The notes below the pieces were generated by a model that worked only from the letters and a program-made list of their open reading frames with translations, had not been told where the DNA came from and did not search any database. Shown here piece by piece: positions 58,201-64,000 of a stretch of DNA of 64,000 nucleotides. The translations under genes were made by a program, and so were the position numbers. Where the stretch lies: assembly GCA_024653345.1 (NCBI GenBank), contig JANLFV010000002.1, forward strand, positions 4,830-68,829, read 5' to 3'. The first letter of the stretch is position 1. Every line of letters starts with the position of its first letter. Source of the DNA: Candidatus Acetothermia bacterium (GTDB lineage Bacteria > Bipolaricaulota > Bipolaricaulia > RBG-16-55-9 > JANLFV01).

Positions 58201-59138
58201 TGCCAGGCAGGGTGAGAGCGTCGCTCCGGAGGTGGAACGATCTGCTTGCCAGCCGGCTCATGCTGGTGGTCGCCGTCTTCTCCAGCTTGCTCGTGATTCT
58301 GATCATTGCCGCCCTCTGTTTCAAGGCCAGGCCGATCCTGGCCAGCTATCCGCTCCGCGAGCTGTTCTCCTCCTCTTGGCAGCCGCTGCGGGGGCAATTC
58401 GGCTTCCGGCCCTTCATCGCGGGGACGCTCTGGGTGACAGTCCTCGCGATGATCATCGCGATTCCTCCCTGCCTCCTTGCCGCTATCTATCTTGCAGAAT
58501 ATGCCCACGGCCGGGTCCGGGCGATCGTCCGGCCGCTCGTCGACCTCCTCGCGGGGATACCCTCGGTAGTCTACGGGATGTGGGGTGTGTTGTTCGTCGT
58601 CCCCTTGGTCAAGGACTATCTTGTGCCCTTCGCCAGGGAGCATCTCAGCTTTATTCCCTTGTTTTCCGCCACGAACTCCAGCGGCTACAGCATCCTCGCC
58701 GGGGGCGTCGTTCTAGCGGTGATGGTCTTTCCGATCATCATCTCCGTTTCAGAGGAGGTGCTCCGGGCCGTCCCGCAGGAGCTCCGCGAGGCCTCGCTCG
58801 CCGTCGGGGCCACGCATTGGCAGACGATCAAGCATGTCGTTCTCCGCAGGGCGCTGCCGGGGATCGGAGCGGCGATCATCCTCGGCTTCTCGCGAGCCTT
58901 CGGCGAGACGATGGCCGTGCTGATGGTCGTGGGGAATGTCGCGCAAATTCCGTCCTCGATCTTCGATCCGGCCTACCCCCTCCCGGCCCTCATTGCCAAC
59001 AGCTACGGGGAGATGATGTCCATACCGCTCTATGACTCAGCGCTCTTGCTCGCGGCGCTCATCCTGCTCCTCATCATCCTGGTCTTCACCATCCTGGCGC
59101 GGATCGTCCTGCTCCGCGCGATGAGGAGGGCTAGGTGA
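58197..59138 (+). CDS. pstC: phosphate ABC transporter permease PstC
   Basis: Six transmembrane helices and the EAA-like loop. Confidence 0.85.
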   Translation: MMPGRVRASLRRWNDLLASRLMLVVAVFSSLLVILIIAALCFKARPILASYPLRELFSSSWQPLRGQFGFRPFIAGTLWVTVLAMIIAIPPCLLAAIYLAEYAHGRVRAIVRPLVDLLAGIPSVVYGMWGVLFVVPLVKDYLVPFAREHLSFIPLFSATNSSGYSILAGGVVLAVMVFPIIISVSEEVLRAVPQELREASLAVGATHWQTIKHVVLRRALPGIGAAIILGFSRAFGETMAVLMVVGNVAQIPSSIFDPAYPLPALIANSYGEMMSIPLYDSALLLAALILLLIILVFTILARIVLLRAMRRAR

Positions 59139-60001
59139 AGAGGCTCCGGCTCCGGCGGAAGCAGCTCGAGGAGCGGTTCTTCAAGGGCCTGATGCTGCTG
59201 GCGACTCTTCTCATCGGCGCGAGCTTGGCCGCGATCTTGATGACGATCCTGATCAAGGGCCTGCCGGCCCTGAGCTGGGCGATGGTCAGTCACCTCCCGA
59301 AGGGAGGCTACTACTTCGGTCAGGAGGGAGGGATACTCAACGCGATCGTCGGGTCGCTCTATCTCGCCGGGGGGGCGACGCTGTTGGCCTTCGGGTTAAG
59401 CCTGGCTGTGGCTCTCTTCCTCCAGACCGAATACGCGGGCCCGACGAGGTTCGCCTGGCTCGTCCGCTTCTCCCTCGATGTCCTCTGGGGCGTCCCGTCG
59501 ATCGTCTACGGGGCCTTCGGCTTCACGATCATGGTCCTGCTGGGGCTTCAGGCCTCCCTCTTGGGAGGGATTATCGCCCTGGCCCTCCTGATCCTCCCCG
59601 TGCTGACCAGGGCTATGGACGAGGTGGTGCAACTGGTCTCACCTGAGCTGAAGGAGAGCTCCTACGCTCTGGGGGCAACGCGGCTGGAGACGGCCCTGAA
59701 AGTGGTCCTCCGCCAGGCACTGCCGGGGATCTCGACCGCGGTGCTCTTGGCCTTCGGGCGGGCGATCGGGGACGCGGCCTCTGTGCTCTTCACTGCCGGC
59801 TACACTGACTCCCTGCCGACCTCGCTCCTCCGGCCTATTGCGTCCTTGCCGCTCGCCGTCTTCTTCCAGCTCGGCACGCCTTTCCCCAGGGTCCAGCAAC
59901 GCGCGTTCGCCGCAGCCCTGGTTCTGACGCTGATCGTCCTCGTGATCAGCGTCGCCTCCCGCCTGCTCACCAGGAGGTTGACGAGGCATATAACGCGATG
60001 A
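59135..60001 (+). CDS. pstA: phosphate ABC transporter permease PstA
   Basis: Six transmembrane helices; translationally coupled to its neighbours. Confidence 0.85.
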   Translation: MKRLRLRRKQLEERFFKGLMLLATLLIGASLAAILMTILIKGLPALSWAMVSHLPKGGYYFGQEGGILNAIVGSLYLAGGATLLAFGLSLAVALFLQTEYAGPTRFAWLVRFSLDVLWGVPSIVYGAFGFTIMVLLGLQASLLGGIIALALLILPVLTRAMDEVVQLVSPELKESSYALGATRLETALKVVLRQALPGISTAVLLAFGRAIGDAASVLFTAGYTDSLPTSLLRPIASLPLAVFFQLGTPFPRVQQRAFAAALVLTLIVLVISVASRLLTRRLTRHITR

Positions 60002-60822
60002 ACGGCATCGAGCGCTCAGATGGAATATTGGAGCGTGGCCCTGGCTCCCAGGGGGCCAGGGTCGAGCTGGCCGAATCCCACATCGGTGTGGAGAGGCTCA
60101 ATCTGTTCTACAAGGACCATCTGGCGCTGAAGGAGATCACGGTTGCCATCCCCGACCGGCAGATCACTTGCGTCATCGGCCCCTCCGGCTGCGGGAAGAC
60201 GAGCCTCCTCAAGTGCCTGAACCGCCTGATCGAGCTCGTCGACGGTGCGCGGGTCTCCGGCCGGGTGCTGGTGGATGGGGTGGACATCTACGCCCCCGGA
60301 GTCGATGTGACCTACATCCGGAAGAAGATGGGGCTCCTCTCCCAGCGGCCCGCGCCGCTCCCGATGTCGATCTACGACAATGTGGCCTACGGCCCGCGAA
60401 TCCACGGGATCAGAAGCCGCAAGCGCCTGGACGAGCTGGTCGAGCGGAACCTCCGGGCGGCAGGGCTCTGGGAGGAGGTGGAGGATCGGCTGAAGAGCCC
60501 GGCCTCGCGCCTCTCGATCGGGCAGCAGCAGCGGCTTTGCCTCGCCCGCGGGCTGGCGGTCGAGCCGGAGATCATCCTCGCGGACGAGCCGACGAGCGCG
60601 CTCGACCCGCTATCGGCCAAGAGGATCATTGAGATCTTCCGCCAGCTGAAGCAGAACTATACCGTCATCTGGGTCACGCACAACCTCCGTCAGGCCCGCG
60701 GCTTGGCCGATAATGTCCTCTTCCTCTACCTGGGCGAGCTCGTTGAATATGGCCCGGCGGAGCGGTTCTTCAACCGGCCGCAGGACCCCCGGACCATCGG
60801 CTATCTTCAAGAGGGGCTCTAG
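59998..60822 (+). CDS. pstB: phosphate ABC transporter ATP-binding protein PstB
   Basis: GPSGCGKTSLL, LSIGQQQRL and ILADEPTSALD motifs. Confidence 0.9.
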   Translation: MNGIERSDGILERGPGSQGARVELAESHIGVERLNLFYKDHLALKEITVAIPDRQITCVIGPSGCGKTSLLKCLNRLIELVDGARVSGRVLVDGVDIYAPGVDVTYIRKKMGLLSQRPAPLPMSIYDNVAYGPRIHGIRSRKRLDELVERNLRAAGLWEEVEDRLKSPASRLSIGQQQRLCLARGLAVEPEIILADEPTSALDPLSAKRIIEIFRQLKQNYTVIWVTHNLRQARGLADNVLFLYLGELVEYGPAERFFNRPQDPRTIGYLQEGL

Positions 60823-60842
60823 GCTGGCCGGGAGGTGGAACG

Positions 60843-61934
60843 ATGGACCTGGAGGATAAGCGCTACTGGATCGGGCTGAACATGCTCCTCAGCCCCCGCC
60901 AGGTCCAGCTTGCTCTGGCCAGCTTCTCCTCGCCTGAGGAACTCTGGAAGGCGCCCCTCGAGGCCCTGAAGGCTGTCCCCGGCTTGGAGCGCATCGCTGA
61001 AGAAGTCGTTGCCAAGCGGGCTGAGCTCGCCGGAAGCCTTGAGCGGGAACTCGAGGGGGCCGGGCGCCTCGGCCTCAAGGTCATTACGCTCGCCGAGCCG
61101 GCCTATCCCCGCCCGCTGCGGGGCCTACCCAATCCGCCGCCGGTCCTCTATCTCCTCGGCGACTACCAGGAGCGGGACGAGCTGGCGATCGCCATCGTCG
61201 GGACGAGGAGGTCCACCCCCTACGGCCGGATGGCGGCCGAGCAGCTGGCCAAGGGCCTTGCGGAGCTGGGTCTGACGATCGTGAGCGGCCTGGCGCTGGG
61301 GATCGATACGGTCGCCCATCGGGGGGCCTTGGCTGCCGGGGGAAGGACAATTGCCGTTCTCGGCTCGGGCTTCGCCCGGCCTTATCCCCAACAGAACCTC
61401 CGGCTGATGCGGGAGATCGCCGCCTCAGGTGCAGTTCTTAGCGAGTTCCCCCTCCAGACCGAGCCGGACCGCTGGAACTTCCCCCGGCGGAACCGGATCA
61501 TCTCCGGCCTCTCCCGCGGGGTGGTGGTCGTCGAGGCCCCGGAGCGGAGCGGGGCGCTGATCACCGCCCGCTTGGCGCTCGACCAGGGCCGAGAGGTCTT
61601 CGCCGTCCCGGGGAGGATCACCGACGAGGCGAGCCGCGGGGTCCATCAGTTGCTCAAGGCCGGGGCCAAGCTGGTCGAAGGCATTGAGGACATCATCGAG
61701 GAGTTCCCCGACCTGCGCGCCGTGCTGGCTACCCCACGGGCCAAGGCAAGGCCAGAGCTATCGCCGCTGGAGGAGCGGTTGCTCGCGGCCCTGGACTGGG
61801 AGCCACTCCACTTCGACGAGATCCTCGAGAGCACCGGGCTGTCGCACGCCGAGCTGGCTCAGGGGCTCCTCCAGCTCCAGCTCAAGGACCTGATCCGGGA
61901 GTTCCCCGGGAAGCGCTACGCCAAGCTCCCTTGA
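60843..61934 (+). CDS. dprA: DNA-processing protein DprA (Smf)
   Basis: 363 aa with a Rossmann-like DprA domain (IAIVGTRRSTPYG, GIDTVAHRGAL) and a C-terminal winged helix. Confidence 0.85.
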   Translation: MDLEDKRYWIGLNMLLSPRQVQLALASFSSPEELWKAPLEALKAVPGLERIAEEVVAKRAELAGSLERELEGAGRLGLKVITLAEPAYPRPLRGLPNPPPVLYLLGDYQERDELAIAIVGTRRSTPYGRMAAEQLAKGLAELGLTIVSGLALGIDTVAHRGALAAGGRTIAVLGSGFARPYPQQNLRLMREIAASGAVLSEFPLQTEPDRWNFPRRNRIISGLSRGVVVVEAPERSGALITARLALDQGREVFAVPGRITDEASRGVHQLLKAGAKLVEGIEDIIEEFPDLRAVLATPRAKARPELSPLEERLLAALDWEPLHFDEILESTGLSHAELAQGLLQLQLKDLIREFPGKRYAKLP

Positions 61935-61971
61935 GCTATAATCAGGCCATCTCTCACGGCGGAGGTAGCAG

Positions 61972-62418
61972 ATGGTCGAACGGACCTTCGTGATGCTCAA
62001 GCCCGATGGGGTCCAGCGCGGGCTGGTGGGGGAGATCATCTCCCGGCTCGAGCGGAAGGGGCTAAAAATCGTGGCTTTGAAGATGATCCACCTGGACCGG
62101 GCCCTGGCCGAGCGGCAGTATGAGGTCCACCGCGGGAAGCACTTCTTCAATGAGCTGGTCGAGTTCGTCACCTCCTCCCCAGTCGTGGCGCTGGTCGTGG
62201 AGGGGGAGGAGGCCATTAAAGTCGTCAGGAAATTGATGGGCGCGACCAACCCCTTCGAGGCCGAGCCGGGGAGCATCAGGGGGGACTTCGGGCTCGATCT
62301 GACGAAGAATCTGATACACGGCTCCGACTCGGCCGAGACGGCCAAGAGGGAGATCGCCCTCTTCTTCCGCGAGGAGGAGCTCCTCGACTACGACCTCTCC
62401 TCAGAAGCTTGGATGTAG
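61972..62418 (+). CDS. ndk: nucleoside diphosphate kinase
   Basis: 148 aa; ERTFVMLKPDGVQRGL with the active-site His in NLIHGSDS. Confidence 0.9.
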   Translation: MVERTFVMLKPDGVQRGLVGEIISRLERKGLKIVALKMIHLDRALAERQYEVHRGKHFFNELVEFVTSSPVVALVVEGEEAIKVVRKLMGATNPFEAEPGSIRGDFGLDLTKNLIHGSDSAETAKREIALFFREEELLDYDLSSEAWM

Positions 62419-62789
62419 CTCCCAGGTGTCACGAGAGAGGTCATGCAGGCTTGCAAGGCGGAGCGCTGAGGCCAGCGAGCAACAACGTTCTGCGAGTCGC
62501 TTCCTTATGGCCCCAGCCTGACTGCCTTCCGCCTTCCAAGAGAACACCTGTGCTCGCGCTGAGGGCCGCATCCAGCAAAGATATGTCTGAACAGGTCAAG
62601 ATTTTAGAGATTCTTGAGGGGCGGGGTGTATAATCCTTCCGAGGCCAGCCAGGGTAGGGTGGCTGGCCGTGAAAGGGGTGACAGGAATGAGAGAATTCAG
62701 GGGGCTCGGGGTGGAGCAGTTCTCAGGCGAGGGTCTTGTATACGCCGGTCGCGCGGGCGACTGAAACCATACCAAAGGGGTGACTACAG

Positions 62790-64000
62790 ATGAGAAGCAC
62801 AAACCAAGCACAGAGTAAAGCCAACCCAAAGGATAAGGGTAAGATGTTGTTTAGAATTCTTCAGATCGTAACGTTAACTCTGGTCTTAGAGTTATTCGGC
62901 TGGATAGGAAGTGCTCAAGGTCCATCACCTACTGAGTTCCTGTCCCCATATGGTTCATTTCATGAGCATGGAACTAGGACGGATACACCATTAGGTACTG
63001 CCACAGCAAGATACCTATACGACTCTGAGAATGGGAACGAGGCGAGCGTCGTCGTCTTCGGCTTTGGAGGTGCTGTCGCTTGGTCAGCTCACGGTGTCCT
63101 GTATACTGCTCCTGTCACCGGCAACGCCGAAATTGAATGCGAACTGGAGTATTACAGCGCGCGGGGTGGATTCGGCCTGGGCTCCGCTACGCAAAGGGTT
63201 AGCGCGATCCTGATAGCTAACGGCGCATACTTCGCTGACGAGCTTACCTTCGGCGTGGACCTTGGGACGGGAATAGAGCAAATCGACCTTGTCCTTCATG
63301 CAAAAACCATCGCCGAGGTTCTCGACCAGATTTATAAACTCCAATCACCTATCGCGCATAGAATAAAAAGAACTGTGCCAATCGTCCAGGGAACCGGATA
63401 TTCAATCTTTTGTGGAGTAGAGGCTAGTGTGCGCGCTGGTGGAGGCTTTACTGCTTTTGCTGATGGACTTGCATTCGTCAAGAGGATCATTGTTACCCCA
63501 CAGCCATCTGGGCCAACACCGGATTTCGCTATCGTGAACCTGACCTCAAGCGATCCGAGCCCCCAGGTGGGGAGCTCAACCAACCTGCAGGTTACTGTCA
63601 AAAACAATGGAAACAAAGGCGGCGACGCATACCTCAAAATCTTTGTGGATAACCAACAACAAGGAGATCAGGTTTACCTCGGAAACCTAGCACCTGGCGT
63701 TGGCACTCAGCACTCTCGGTCATTCATATGTAACAAGGAGGGACCCCATGCTGTCAGAGCTGAGGTTGTCCCCGCTCCTGATGAGTGGCAAAGAGACAAT
63801 AATGCGATGGAGATTTATATCACTTGCCGAGACCCTAATCCACCACATGTCTTTCTTAAGGCACCTATAAATCCTGCCATCGGTGCACCGCTGTTTAAAG
63901 AACCAGGGGACATCATTGCACTTGAAGTTAGCGCTAATGATGACACTGCAGTACAGGGACTTGCCTTCTGGGACGAAATCGGGGGCACCCGTTATCCCAT
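62790..64000 (+). CDS. secreted CARDB-domain protein (partial; continues beyond the right edge)
   Basis: The frame is open from the ATG at 62790 (AAAGGGG ribosome-binding site) to the end of the window, so the track did not list it. It has a signal peptide MLFRILQIVTLTLVLELFGWIGSAQG and a CARDB-like segment NLQVTVKNNGNKGGDAYLKIFVDN...LGNLAPGVG. GC drops to roughly 45-50% exactly at the gene start. Confidence 0.6.
   Translation, partial: MRSTNQAQSKANPKDKGKMLFRILQIVTLTLVLELFGWIGSAQGPSPTEFLSPYGSFHEHGTRTDTPLGTATARYLYDSENGNEASVVVFGFGGAVAWSAHGVLYTAPVTGNAEIECELEYYSARGGFGLGSATQRVSAILIANGAYFADELTFGVDLGTGIEQIDLVLHAKTIAEVLDQIYKLQSPIAHRIKRTVPIVQGTGYSIFCGVEASVRAGGGFTAFADGLAFVKRIIVTPQPSGPTPDFAIVNLTSSDPSPQVGSSTNLQVTVKNNGNKGGDAYLKIFVDNQQQGDQVYLGNLAPGVGTQHSRSFICNKEGPHAVRAEVVPAPDEWQRDNNAMEIYITCRDPNPPHVFLKAPINPAIGAPLFKEPGDIIALEVSANDDTAVQGLAFWDEIGGTRYP

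Noticed and set aside
62409-62633. 74-aa ORF and an embedded 16-codon peptide MSEQVKILEILEGRGV.
   Set aside because: It overlaps the ndk 3' end, has no ribosome-binding site and lies in a probable leader region. Treated as non-coding.

Overview
This window is about 65-70% GC bacterial chromosomal DNA with Gram-negative-style signals: AGGAGG-type ribosome-binding sites and several near-consensus sigma-70 promoters. I could not place the organism from sequence alone.

Housekeeping content by region:
- Start of window: ruvC (partial), a YceD-like gene, folP, an MFS transporter and a LysE-family exporter.
- 4.9-18.8 kb, minus strand: one long beta-oxidation operon (FAD-linked oxidase, fused 3-hydroxyacyl-CoA dehydrogenase/enoyl-CoA hydratase, thiolase, acyl-CoA dehydrogenase, crotonase, acyl-CoA synthetase) with a complete Liv-type ABC transporter (livK, livH, livM, livG, livF) embedded in it.
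- 19.0-20.5 kb: an hsp20 gene followed by a sigma-70 family gene, behind a consensus promoter that overlaps a CIRCE inverted repeat (HrcA operator).
- 20.5-26.3 kb: a partial division-cell-wall cluster (PBP2/FtsI, FtsL, RsmH; no mraZ), preceded by csaB (polysaccharide pyruvyl transferase) and a large membrane protein.
- 26.5-27.5 kb: two paralogous small secreted proteins that look like outer-membrane beta-barrels.
- 28.7-29.9 kb: a homolog of archaeal/eukaryotic-type tRNA pseudouridine synthase Pus10.
- 31.5-33.3 kb: mutL.
- 34.1-41.1 kb: a compact reductive pyrimidine catabolism cluster (dihydropyrimidine dehydrogenase PreA-like subunit, dihydropyrimidinase, beta-ureidopropionase, aminotransferase, CoA-acylating semialdehyde dehydrogenase).
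- 46.1-50.7 kb: a MacB-type ABC exporter, an AcuC/histone-deacetylase-family gene and a tandem GNAT acetyltransferase.
- 51.9-52.5 kb: a small tyrosine recombinase.
- 53.4-56.6 kb: a four-subunit 2-oxoacid:ferredoxin oxidoreductase operon downstream of tRNA-Thr(CGU).
- 56.7-62.4 kb: an Rrf2-family regulator, pstSCAB, dprA and ndk.

Standout findings:
- At 33.37-33.99 kb a promoter-driven tRNA gene, most plausibly tRNA-Asn(GUU), is split in its anticodon loop by a roughly 546-nt group I intron that encodes an HNH homing endonuclease. The intron's recognisable P7 (R/S elements), P8 and P9 (GAAA tetraloop) elements, and the G that ends it, can all be read directly in the sequence.
- At 41.2-46.1 kb there is a lower-GC island. 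It holds a UvrD-like helicase with an inserted DUF559/Vsr-like nuclease module, interrupted by a single in-frame TAG. It also holds a frameshifted VapC toxin remnant, a class I SAM methyltransferase and a coupled unknown gene.
- The acyl-CoA synthetase gene has a conserved N-terminus encoded upstream of any ATG/GTG/TTG codon, so it likely starts at CTG or carries a sequencing error.
- The window ends with a sharp GC drop into a partial gene for a secreted CARDB-domain protein.
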